From Minisyncoccia bacterium (GTDB lineage: Bacteria; Patescibacteriota; Minisyncoccia; Phycocordibacterales; DATDWN01): 55,159 nucleotides of DNA. Where the stretch lies: positions 1-55,159 of the forward strand of contig JBAQTF010000014.1 in assembly GCA_049296855.1 (NCBI GenBank), read 5' to 3'. Below, in pieces: positions 1 to 8,530 of this stretch (the first letter of the stretch is position 1; every line of letters starts with the position of its first letter). The translations under genes were made by a program, and so were the position numbers. A model generated the notes under the pieces. It was not told the origin of the DNA. It made no database searches and saw only the letters and a program-made list of their open reading frames with translations.

Positions 1-125
1 CACGTTCACACGACCACTCGCGCAAACGTACATTTACTTTATCCTGTTACATAAAATTAATTTTGTGTAACAGTCTTATTTTGTACTCCTACAATCGGAA
101 TACAAAATAATTTTTACTTTTACTT

Positions 126-168
126 CCCATTAGAACTTACAGTCGACAAGCGACTTACTTCTAACGGG
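126..168 (+). repeat. Short degenerate member of the CCCGTTAGA/TCTAACGGG hairpin family, followed directly by ATGAAT (169-174)
   Basis: Arms cccattagaa (126-135) and ttctaacggg (159-168) are complementary except one position. The 3' arm plus ATGAAT matches the 3' ends of the copies at 11.9 kb and 37 kb. Confidence 0.6.
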
Positions 169-361
169 ATGAATCCATCTACATTTCCGAAAAGACCCCG
201 CCCTTCAACACAAAGTGTTCAGGACGAATTCTAAAAAATGTGATGGTATGAACCCAACTAGAAAACATGTGATTGTTTTCTAGTGGGAATATTTTCAAGT
301 TACATACAGATCCTTGTTAAAATCCTTAATCGCCCTTTGGGCGGAGCAGACTATTTTATTT

Positions 362-391
362 AAAAAGTCCGCTCTTTCAAGCGGACTTTTT
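362..391. terminator. A/T-flanked hairpin, possible bidirectional terminator
   Basis: aaaaa-gtccgc-tctttcaa-gcggac-ttttt. Confidence 0.5.
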
Positions 392-536
392 CGACACCAT
401 GCAAAAAAGCACGTTATCTAAACCGCTGTGAAATTAGGTTAATATTTAACATATCTGAGATAAAGCACAGTATATACGAAGCCACCTATAGTGTCAAATG
501 CTGTTTTAGCCCTAAAACTGGGGATAAAATGAGTAC

Positions 537-562
537 AAAAAACTCCCGTTCGGGAGTTTTTT
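537..562 (-). terminator. Hairpin with flanking A- and T-runs downstream of the 687..1376 gene
   Basis: aaaaaa-ctccc-gttc-gggag-tttttt. A T-run follows the stem on both strands. Confidence 0.6.
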
Positions 563-586
563 GTGAAAACTTTCATGATTTGTTCG

Positions 587-688
587 AGGTCGCGTATAAA
601 ATTTGGAAAATCATCCGAGGCGTACGTGCAGTACGGTGAGGATGTTTTTCAAATTTTAGACGATGAGATCGGACAAATTTGGAAGTTT
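587..688. repeat. Family-2 structured repeat, copy 1 (aggtcgcgtataaaatttggaaaatcatc...caaatttggaagttt)
   Basis: About 100 nt nearly identical to 4273-4374. Internal nested hairpins. The differences from copy 2 are compensatory within stems. Confidence 0.8.
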
Positions 689-1376
689 ACTGGTGAGAGG
701 AGATGTTGTGTTGAACTTTTTTGATAGCCTCTGCCGCTGCTGTCTGTCCTCCAAGACCAAATGATAGTCCTAGGGCAAGAGAGATTGCAACTACAAACCC
801 AGTAAATAGTGTCTGAATAAATGCTCCTGCAATTCCCATTTGTGAAAGAGACACTAGGATTGCAAAAATCCATACTGCCCATCTTGAAACTACTCCCAAG
901 AAATTTGCCTGTGTCAGCCCTGCCGTATGCGCACCAGCAGAAACGACTTTTGAGAGAACATCACCGACAACACCTCCAACAAGAAGAATAAGTACGGCAA
1001 TGATGAGTTGTGGAATATATCCAACAACTATCTGCTGTAGAAAAGCTGTTACTTGATTTAAACCAAGAACATCAAAACTAGCAATCAAAAATACTAATAT
1101 TATAAAGTATTTTACCAACCCTCCGACAAAATGACCTGAATTCAAATTTAGTCCAGATCTTTTAACCAAATCCTCGAAACCTGCCTTTTGTAAAGCTTCG
1201 TCAAATTTAATCATCTTCATGAAATGCGCGATGCCTTTTGCTACGATAGACCCTATAGCCCAACCAATGCACAAGATAACTAACGCTACAATCAAGTTCG
1301 GAATGAACATAACAACTCCAGTCCAAAGTCCTTGAAAAGAAGTTCTCAAAACTTGACTCCATGTTTCTAGAATCAT
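687..1376 (-). CDS. Multi-pass membrane protein with repeated TM-helix segments (small mechanosensitive-channel-like / conserved TM helix type)
   Basis: 229-aa ORF with several hydrophobic helices. The family assignment is by resemblance only. Confidence 0.6.
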   Translation of the reverse strand: MILETWSQVLRTSFQGLWTGVVMFIPNLIVALVILCIGWAIGSIVAKGIAHFMKMIKFDEALQKAGFEDLVKRSGLNLNSGHFVGGLVKYFIILVFLIASFDVLGLNQVTAFLQQIVVGYIPQLIIAVLILLVGGVVGDVLSKVVSAGAHTAGLTQANFLGVVSRWAVWIFAILVSLSQMGIAGAFIQTLFTGFVVAISLALGLSFGLGGQTAAAEAIKKVQHNISSHQ

Positions 1377-1456
1377 ATTGACAATATTAAATGAGTAATG
1401 AGCACATTATAACACAAGACCACTTACAATTTCTACAAGCAGATGTGCATAAGAAA

Positions 1457-2041
1457 CTAAAGATTTCCGAGTCGGTTAAGAACCTTTTTGTGAGGGTAAT
1501 CGAGAATGTCACGAGTGAGTTTATCGAACATACTTAGACGGTAACGAAAATCTTCTGTTGTAAAATATGCATATCTTAGCTCTTTTCCAATCTCTGACTC
1601 TAACGTTTTTATAGTATTATCGAGTGTTGCCCTCTTTACGTTATCCCCAACTATAAGCATATCCACCCTACTTTCTGGCTCTTGAATAAAAACCCCGGCA
1701 GTAAGTATAAGTTTAATAGACCCTAACCTTCCTATTCTTTTTATTATCTCTTTTGGACCAAGTGGCTCAATATTTATTAAAAAGTTTTGAAGGGAAGTAA
1801 GATATGCAAAATTTGTATCAAGGACAAACCCGTGTCCGTTTTGTCTAGTTTTTGTAATAGCCCTACGTTTAATCAACCCTATCTTTTCAAGAATACTGAT
1901 TTCTCTTCTGACATGTGCCGGAGATGTTTTTGCTCTCGTGGCAATATCTTTAATGCTGAAAACTTTCTCAGTATTAAATAGAAAGAGGCGCATTATTTTA
2001 ACCTTGTTTTCTGAACCAAATAGTCTTCCGAGTACTTCCAT
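1457..2041 (-). CDS. Winged-helix (ArsR/MarR-like) transcriptional regulator
   Basis: HTH segment FSIKDIATRAKTSPAHVRREISILEKIGLIKRR. The start is placed at MEVLGRLFG because TGTATCAT lies 7 nt upstream. The ORF track starts at a TTG at 2077. Confidence 0.6.
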   Translation of the reverse strand: MEVLGRLFGSENKVKIMRLFLFNTEKVFSIKDIATRAKTSPAHVRREISILEKIGLIKRRAITKTRQNGHGFVLDTNFAYLTSLQNFLINIEPLGPKEIIKRIGRLGSIKLILTAGVFIQEPESRVDMLIVGDNVKRATLDNTIKTLESEIGKELRYAYFTTEDFRYRLSMFDKLTRDILDYPHKKVLNRLGNL

Positions 2042-2158
2042 AGAGCACATGATACAGTTATTAGAAGAAAGCGACAATATTGACTTTTTTTACAAAAATT
2101 ACAGAAAATCGAGCAATTTATGCTCGATTTTCTGTAATTTTATTCTTATTAGTAAAAC

Positions 2159-2569
2159 TTACTTCAAAGTTACCTTGCCACCAGCTGTTTCAATTTCCTT
2201 TTTAAGTTTCTCTGCATCTTCTTTCTTCATTCCTTCTTTTAACATTGAAGGAGCAGCATCAACTAAATCTTTTGCTTCTTTAAGACCTACACCTAGAGCC
2301 TCCTTCACTATTTTTATAATAGCAATCTTTGTTGCTCCACCTTCTGTAAGCTCAACGTTAAATGTTGATTTCTCATCTGCGCTACCCACTACTGCACCTC
2401 CTGCTGGAGCGCTAACCGCAACCGCTTGGCTAGAGACACCGAATTTTTCTTCTAAATGTTTGACCAACTCGTGCAAATCCAAAACTGACATTTTATCTAT
2501 TGCCTCAACTACAGACTTAAATTTCGCTGGAGTTTCTACGCTTCCTTTTTCTTTTGTTGTTTCTACCAT
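2159..2569 (-). CDS. rplL: 50S ribosomal protein L7/L12
   Basis: C-terminal KIAIIKIVKEALGVGLKEAKDLVDAAP...KEDAEKLKKEIETAGGKVTLK. Confidence 0.95.
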   Translation of the reverse strand: MVETTKEKGSVETPAKFKSVVEAIDKMSVLDLHELVKHLEEKFGVSSQAVAVSAPAGGAVVGSADEKSTFNVELTEGGATKIAIIKIVKEALGVGLKEAKDLVDAAPSMLKEGMKKEDAEKLKKEIETAGGKVTLK

Positions 2570-2635
2570 GTTTTTAATTTTAATTGTTAATTTTATCGTT
2601 TCTTTCGCCTCGGATTACCTCGGCATAAGTGTATG

Positions 2636-3127
2636 CTACGCTCCCTTAGATTTTGCGATCTGATCCAATGCCATTACAAAACCTTGTATTGGTGAGTTAA
2701 TAAGATTAACAAACTGTGCTTGTAGTGTTTTAAGGGAAGGAATTTGTGAGATGACAAGCATTTCTGCTTGATTCATAAATTTGTTCTCAAACACTCCTCC
2801 GACAATCTGTATCTTCTTATCAAGTTTTTTTTGAAATGTATAGACTTCACGTGCCCCCTCTATAGGATCAGTACCATAGACAATACCTAGTTCCCCAGGC
2901 AAGGTCGGCATGTCCCCAGTTATACCCCCGAGAGCAAGGGCCTTTCGAGTTAAAGATTTTTTGGCAACTGTGTAGCCGATTCCTTTTGCTCGTAGGGCTT
3001 TTCTAATAGTAGATGACTCTGTTACAGGCAGAGCGTGGAAGTTTATAAACACCATCGAAGCTGAATCTTTTACTATCTTTTTTAGTTTAGACAGAATCTC
3101 TCCTTTCTTTTCTTTTGATATAGCCAT
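2636..3127 (-). CDS. rplJ: 50S ribosomal protein L10
   Basis: 163-aa ORF directly upstream of rplL with L10-like sequence (MAISKEKK..., VFINFHALPV...). Confidence 0.9.
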   Translation of the reverse strand: MAISKEKKGEILSKLKKIVKDSASMVFINFHALPVTESSTIRKALRAKGIGYTVAKKSLTRKALALGGITGDMPTLPGELGIVYGTDPIEGAREVYTFQKKLDKKIQIVGGVFENKFMNQAEMLVISQIPSLKTLQAQFVNLINSPIQGFVMALDQIAKSKGA

Positions 3128-3138
3128 TTATATTAAGT

Positions 3139-3266
3139 TTGAAATCTAGTTGAATCATGATTTTTTCTGGAACTCTGTGGAGTGCGTGAAGCACGAGCAG
3201 GAAGAAAATTTCTAACAAGAAATTATTCTGTGTCCAGAAAAAGTTATGATGAAAAAGAGATTTCAA
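3139..3266 (-). promoter_or_regulatory. Long imperfect hairpin element 12 nt upstream of the rplJ start (possible L10 leader or intergenic palindromic element)
   Basis: ttgaaatct...tcatgattttttctggaac pairs with gtccagaaaaagttatgatga...agatttcaa. The interior holds hairpins gtgc-gtgaa-gcac and aatttct-aaca-agaaatt. Confidence 0.5.
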
Positions 3267-3544
3267 AAAACATTTACTAATACGACCTAAGGTTAAGAGT
3301 TTATAATCTCGACGAGAAATTAAGGTTTTTATACCACTCGTTGTCTTTGACCTTATAGAAACTATACTATACGAAAACTAGTTTTTGTCAACCACCACAG
3401 ACTGGATCACACTAGCTGTCTGACTTTTTGATTTCTCTTGATAAAGTTTAGTGGCGAAAATTATTATTAGACTAATAGAGATTATAACCATAAAAGCCCC
3501 TAGAAATTTAAAAAAATCTTTATCAAGATATTTGGCCATATTTT

Positions 3545-4219
3545 TTATTTTAGCATATCTTTAAACTCGAGAAGGGTTGGATCGTTTGGAATTTTTGAAA
3601 GACCTTGATCAACTATAGCTTTTGCTTTCGCAGTACTTTTAAATATATCTCTATAAACCTCGGCTAACTGGGTATAAAGATATGACTCTGTTGGTGCCTT
3701 CTCAATTGCCATTTTGTAATACTCCTCAGCCATACCGTTGTCCTTTATGAAATAGGCGTAAAGATTGGCGATGTTCGCGATAGAAACAAAATCTTTTGGA
3801 GCTATTTTACCTGCATATTTCCAAGAGATCAGAGCTCCTTCATAATCCCCACCAAGCTTCTGATACATGGCCAAATCCATCCAGCCTGGAAAATACATGG
3901 GGTCTTTTTTTAGTAGAGCTTGGAACTCTTTTATCTTTTGTGTAGCAATCAAACTATCGTTCTCTGATGGGTTAGCCATAGATGACCTGACTAGATACCT
4001 ATCTAGATCTGGTATAGGTTTTGGAACTTGACTGACTTTTTCGTTTGTCACATTTTCTACTTTATAAGTAACACCTGTTGTAGTAGCAACTTTAGTGACA
4101 GTTAATTGTTCATCATTCATAGCTTTCTTTGACTTTAGATCAAAAGCTATATAGCCAATGACTAAAACTACGACTACTGTAGAACTTGCAATCATTTTGT
4201 GTTTTCTCGTAATCTGCAT
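3545..4219 (-). CDS. Membrane-anchored TPR-repeat protein
   Basis: N-terminal TM helix followed by TPR-like repeats (YEGALISWKYAGKIAPKD, AEEYYKMAIEKAPT). TGTTAAAAT lies 6 nt upstream of the ATG. Confidence 0.7.
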   Translation of the reverse strand: MQITRKHKMIASSTVVVVLVIGYIAFDLKSKKAMNDEQLTVTKVATTTGVTYKVENVTNEKVSQVPKPIPDLDRYLVRSSMANPSENDSLIATQKIKEFQALLKKDPMYFPGWMDLAMYQKLGGDYEGALISWKYAGKIAPKDFVSIANIANLYAYFIKDNGMAEEYYKMAIEKAPTESYLYTQLAEVYRDIFKSTAKAKAIVDQGLSKIPNDPTLLEFKDMLK

Positions 4220-4251
4220 GATGACATTTTAACACCTGATATAAGAGAAGT

Positions 4252-4375
4252 AAAACTTCCAAATTTGAGACAAGGTCGCGTATAAAATTTGGAAAATCAT
4301 CTGAGGCATACGAGTAGTATGATGAAGATGTTTTTCAAATTTTAGACGATGAGATTGGCCAAATTTGGAAGTTTT
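4252..4375. repeat. Family-2 structured repeat, copy 2, with a complete outer stem
   Basis: Outer stem aaaacttccaaatttg (4252-4267) pairs with caaatttggaagtttt (4360-4375). The core 4273-4374 matches 587-688. Confidence 0.85.
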
Positions 4376-4382
4376 GGACGAC

Positions 4383-4411
4383 AAAAAACCACCCGGTTAA
4401 GGGTGGCTTTT
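4383..4411 (-). terminator. Rho-independent terminator of the giant surface-protein gene
   Basis: On the minus strand: gccaccc-ttaacc-gggtgg followed by tttttt. Confidence 0.75.
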
Positions 4412-4458
4412 CGTATTTAGTCTTTAACTAAATCCGATCAATTTAACCAATCAAATGA

Positions 4459-7400
4459 TTAGTTTGCTCGTGTCCAAGTTTGAACTGGGAAGTCTGTGTT
4501 GGATGGGAATCCAGGCAGACCGTATCCGTTTACCCAGTCAAGTTGTAATTGTGAAGCTGCTGTAGCAACTGGAGTCGTTGTTGAGAACGGTGACCAGATG
4601 ATGTTATCTGTAGCAGCAGAACCAGCTTCAACTGAAGTTACTGTACCCATTAGATACTGTTGTGATCCAAATGAAGTATCAGCCAAGAGAGCAAGACCTA
4701 TTGTCTCTGAAACTGAAGCAGTATCAACAGCTGTTGTAGCCTTCAAGATGAAAGTCTTTGTGCTATTTGCTGGAACTATCTGTGCATTAGATGTGCCTGT
4801 ACCGACTAATTCGATAAAGGTTTCACTAGCTACTGTAGAAGTTGAGTTGTTAAACGCAATTCCATCCCCATATAGAACGAAGCCGTTTGTGCTTCCTCCT
4901 GATGTAGCAATTGAGAATGTGAATTTCTGGAATACAACATCTCGATTGTTAGGGTTTGTAACTGTGAATTTGTACAAATCACCTCCTGCAGCCAATGTTC
5001 CACCATTGCTTGTTACAGCAATTGTAGGAACTGTTCTGAAGATTCTCTGACCGTTTGAAGAAACAGCACCTGTAGTACCTCCACTAACAGTTACTTGTGA
5101 ATCATTTCCTGTAGCGTAGTTACCATTTAGTCCGTTGTTGTCTCCGTTGTAATTAACAGTCAAGAATGCTCCTGGTGTACCTTCGTTAATGTTCTGAGCT
5201 GATAGATCACCCTTAACTGTAATCAATACTGACTCACCTGCAGCTATCATAGGAGCAGGAGAGAGTAATGTTGAAGTAGCGTGATCTGGACTAGCACCTC
5301 CAAACTGAGCAGAACCAATCATAGTTGCACCATTGTATAGGTACACTTTCTGACCGACTAGATCAGCTGGTGAGTTTGAAGCTGTGTTTCCAAGAACTAG
5401 AGCGATTTGTTTCAAGTTAACTGCTTCTGAAGCACCTGCTGTAAATCGGAATCTAGCTAGTTCTGAACCTGTAGATCCAGCCTGAGCTACTTTGTAAAGT
5501 AGAGCTGAATCGTTTGTAACTGTGTAAGAACCACCTGTAGAAGCTGTCATTATCTGACCAGCAGCTGCAGTCATTGTCTCTACTATTGTCAAACCTGAAG
5601 TTACTCCAGTTGCACCAGTGTAGGCTGACGATAGATCAGTCAAGCCCCATGTGATGTTTCCTGATGTAGCACTAGCAGAAACGTTACACTTCAATGATAT
5701 TGTCTTTGAAGTACCTTTTGGAACAACAAATCCTCCACTGTTAAATGTGAATGTGTTATCACCAAGGGCTACTGTAACGTTTGTAGCGTCTGTCAAGTTT
5801 GTCGTACCGTCATACAATCCACAGCTTGAAAGCATTGAAGCTGTAACTGTTGTCAAAGCAAGAAGAGGTTTGAATGTTGATAGTCTAACATCTTCTCCTG
5901 ACTGACCTGCATCAAGTGTGTATCGTGCGAACTCAAATCCTTGAGCTCCTGCGATAACTGATCTTGCTGTAGGTTGTGTAGAAACACTGATAGCCAATGC
6001 ACCAGCTCGAACTGTCATCAAGTTTCCTTGAACAGATGAACTAAATGTTGACAAATCAACTGTGTCTCCTGTTGATTCACCTGTTGGAGTTGACCACTGT
6101 GAACTAGGTGTTGTTGAAGCCTGAACTGAGTCTCCAGATATGAAGTCAGAACTTAGTCTACCAACAAGTTTTAGAACTGTAGTACCAACTGGGAATGTTA
6201 CTGAGTCACCAAATGTGACTGTTCCTGATTGAGCTGCACCTGACCCATCCTCTGGACCAGCTAACACAACACCATTTTGGTTAACCAATTTGATGTTTGT
6301 AATGTGTGCAACTGTATCACCGACAGCAGTAATGTTGAATACCATTTGCTGAACAGTCATAGGTTCACCGCTGAGTTTAACTTCAAATCCACCTAATGGT
6401 TGATCTGCAACTAAAACAGCAATGTTCTGAGCAGCAACAGTGTTTGATTGAGATATGGTATTTGCTACACCAGCTGTGATTGTTACGTTAGAAGCGTTGT
6501 ACCAAGGTGTAGTTGTGTTAAATCCTGTTCCTGTTGAAGCAGGAGTGATTCCGTAACCATAAGTTTCACCTGTTAGGTAAAGATCTGTTGATTTATAAAG
6601 ATCAAAAGATACTTGTCTGTTTGTACCACTAACTATATCACCCTTGATAGAAACTTCTTTTGACAAACCTTCTGCAATAAGAATTCCACCAGGGAATGAA
6701 GCTGAGTAGTATTTACCATCAGAAGAAACCATTGTGTCATATGCAGTACCGTCAACATAAACCTTTACGTTAGCAAGGTCTGATGCCGAAGCTGAACCTG
6801 ACTGATTCCATCTGATAGACCATAGTCTTAGATCTTCACCTGAACCAGCATCAACTTTAACAGAAGAAAATGTGTAGTTTGTTGTACCAATTTCCTTGTT
6901 AGCAGTTGTGTTTGGATCAAGAGAACCTCTAGAAGGTGTTGAAGCTCCTAGTGATAAGTTACTATTCAATGTATGTGATGCTCCTGAGATAGGAAGTGAG
7001 CCTGAAACTGATGCTGAAGTGTTAACTGCAACAACATTTAGACCTGCAACCTGACCAGTATGAGCAGCCATAAGAGCAGCAGTTGTCATGTTACCAGCAA
7101 CAGTCAAAGTCTGAGATGTTCCAGCTTTAACAACAAATGGTTCACCGACTACGGCTTGGTCATTTGAGTTAATAGTTCTTGAAACTCCGATTTGTGTGCC
7201 GTCGCTCTTTAGAAGAACAACGCCAGCAAAAGCGGCATTATCTGCTAGACCTACTCGCTGTACTGTGACTGAATTAACTGTGACATCGCTTGCTCCAGCT
7301 GTAACTACGAACCTTGTGAAAGGAACGCGTGCTGCTGTCGCAGGTGCGAGTGAGTTAACAGGTTGTGAACCAGCCATTACTGACAAAGCACCACCTTGTG

Positions 7401-7887
7401 GGTTAGTACCTGGAACAGTTGGAACTGAAGTTACACCACCACCCATTGAGTTAAGTTTAGCTCGTGTTATAGGACCGACGTAACCAGCAGCTGGTGAAAT
7501 TCCATTTTTTGTCTGGAATTTTGCAACAGCTGATCTAGTTAGAGGACCGAAAGTAGAAGTCTCCATGCCTGGTGAACCAGCGCCTGAAGAAGCTACTTGA
7601 GTATCAGCACTCATGTTTAGAACCTTTTGTAGGTTCATAACATCTGCACCTTTACTACCGATTGTTAAGTTTGTATTGAATGTGTAGCCAGATGAAACTG
7701 TACTACCACCCGTTGTCGCTGAAAGTTGTGCTTGCAACGCGCTAATGGTTGCTAGCAAGCTGTTGATCTGTGCCTGTAGATCTGAAGCTGTATCTGCACT
7801 AGCCAATACTGGCATGAATGCAGAAATCGCCATTACAAATCCAACAGCACCAGCTGCCAACTTTGCAGTTTTTGATGTTGTTATCAT
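4459..7887 (-). CDS. Giant secreted cell-surface protein (about 1142 aa) with an N-terminal peptidoglycan-binding-like domain and long Thr/Ser/Gly/Val-rich beta-repeat region
   Basis: Signal peptide MITTSKTAKLAAGAVGFVMAISAFMPVLASA. PG-binding-like segment GSKGADVMNLQKVLN...LTRSAVAKFQTKNGI. The start is moved to Met43 of the tracked ORF. Confidence 0.85.
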   Translation of the reverse strand: MITTSKTAKLAAGAVGFVMAISAFMPVLASADTASDLQAQINSLLATISALQAQLSATTGGSTVSSGYTFNTNLTIGSKGADVMNLQKVLNMSADTQVASSGAGSPGMETSTFGPLTRSAVAKFQTKNGISPAAGYVGPITRAKLNSMGGGVTSVPTVPGTNPQGGALSVMAGSQPVNSLAPATAARVPFTRFVVTAGASDVTVNSVTVQRVGLADNAAFAGVVLLKSDGTQIGVSRTINSNDQAVVGEPFVVKAGTSQTLTVAGNMTTAALMAAHTGQVAGLNVVAVNTSASVSGSLPISGASHTLNSNLSLGASTPSRGSLDPNTTANKEIGTTNYTFSSVKVDAGSGEDLRLWSIRWNQSGSASASDLANVKVYVDGTAYDTMVSSDGKYYSASFPGGILIAEGLSKEVSIKGDIVSGTNRQVSFDLYKSTDLYLTGETYGYGITPASTGTGFNTTTPWYNASNVTITAGVANTISQSNTVAAQNIAVLVADQPLGGFEVKLSGEPMTVQQMVFNITAVGDTVAHITNIKLVNQNGVVLAGPEDGSGAAQSGTVTFGDSVTFPVGTTVLKLVGRLSSDFISGDSVQASTTPSSQWSTPTGESTGDTVDLSTFSSSVQGNLMTVRAGALAISVSTQPTARSVIAGAQGFEFARYTLDAGQSGEDVRLSTFKPLLALTTVTASMLSSCGLYDGTTNLTDATNVTVALGDNTFTFNSGGFVVPKGTSKTISLKCNVSASATSGNITWGLTDLSSAYTGATGVTSGLTIVETMTAAAGQIMTASTGGSYTVTNDSALLYKVAQAGSTGSELARFRFTAGASEAVNLKQIALVLGNTASNSPADLVGQKVYLYNGATMIGSAQFGGASPDHATSTLLSPAPMIAAGESVLITVKGDLSAQNINEGTPGAFLTVNYNGDNNGLNGNYATGNDSQVTVSGGTTGAVSSNGQRIFRTVPTIAVTSNGGTLAAGGDLYKFTVTNPNNRDVVFQKFTFSIATSGGSTNGFVLYGDGIAFNNSTSTVASETFIELVGTGTSNAQIVPANSTKTFILKATTAVDTASVSETIGLALLADTSFGSQQYLMGTVTSVEAGSAATDNIIWSPFSTTTPVATAASQLQLDWVNGYGLPGFPSNTDFPVQTWTRAN

Positions 7888-7999
7888 ATATATGTTTTTA
7901 ATAAAATAACTTTCTCTATCCTTACTATTAATAATTTTAATAGAGATGAAGTTATGGAAAACGATTAACGCTATTAATACTAACTGAATAATTTTTGAC

Positions 8000-8055
8000 G
8001 TTGCCGTAAACAATTGGATGTAAAAATAAATTTACATTCAATTTTTTACGGCAAC
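8000..8055. other. Long hairpin upstream of the giant surface-protein gene
   Basis: gttgccgtaaa (8000-8010) pairs with tttacggcaac (8045-8055). Inner stem is atgtaaa / tttacat. Confidence 0.6.
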
Positions 8056-8404
8056 ACCGCATACTAATTCTTTTGCTTTATATTTTACCTCTATCTCCAC
8101 ATTTGAAGAAACCGAGCATTTCAACGCAAAGCAAAAAAATAGATGATGAATTTGGTCTGAATATCTATCACTACTTATCGTAAAGGGATTATCGGAAATG
8201 TCTGAGAACATGACGTGAATCATGTTTTTATAAATCCATATTTATTTGTCAAAGTACTTATCCGTTCCGAACCTACCATAGAAACTCTGTGGCAGAAATG
8301 AGTGCAGTATTACGCATAGTATTATTAACACTAGTACGTAGAACACATTATATCCCCTCTATATCAGAGTTTCAAATGTGTCTGTGTGGATAACTCTAGT
8401 TTTT

Positions 8405-8445
8405 TTGGCTATTATATTGAGTAAATTACTCAATATAATAGCCAA
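8405..8445. other. Perfect 18-bp hairpin downstream of the 8531..9280 gene
   Basis: ttggctattatattgagt-aaatt-actcaatataatagccaa. A T-run precedes it on the + strand and an A-run follows it on the minus strand, so it is not a classic terminator. Confidence 0.6.
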
Positions 8446-8530
8446 ATTAGGACCGAAATCACCCACCCGATCAATCCTCCCATATAATAGGTACAGAAGT
8501 CAACTAAAACCCCCTTGACGAATCTATTGA

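Noticed and set aside
4496-7483. Plus-strand ORFs (4496..5050, 5651..5905, 7196..7483) inside the giant minus-strand gene, and similar antisense ORFs inside ileS, argS, the 20721..22628 gene, the ABC exporter and others.
   Set aside because: They are fully embedded antisense to long, well-supported CDS and have low-complexity or biased composition. They are typical shadow ORFs.
7888-8013. Upstream in-frame extensions given by the ORF track (8013 for the surface protein, 26867 for ileS, 33390 for rplK, 54582 for the TrmH-like gene, 15890 for rpsF, 9554 for ftsK, 51579 for ruvA).
   Set aside because: The extensions overlap upstream genes or lack family-typical N-termini. Internal ATGs give canonical N-termini (signal peptide, [15 protein letters not shown] and so on) and are preceded by -10 boxes at the spacing seen genome-wide.
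8255-8345. 5S rRNA-like string (ccguuccgaac ... agaaac ... cauaguauuauuaac).
   Set aside because: Only short motif resemblance. No helix I pairing between the putative ends could be found, GC content is far too low for a 5S rRNA, and the loop C/loop E spacing is wrong.
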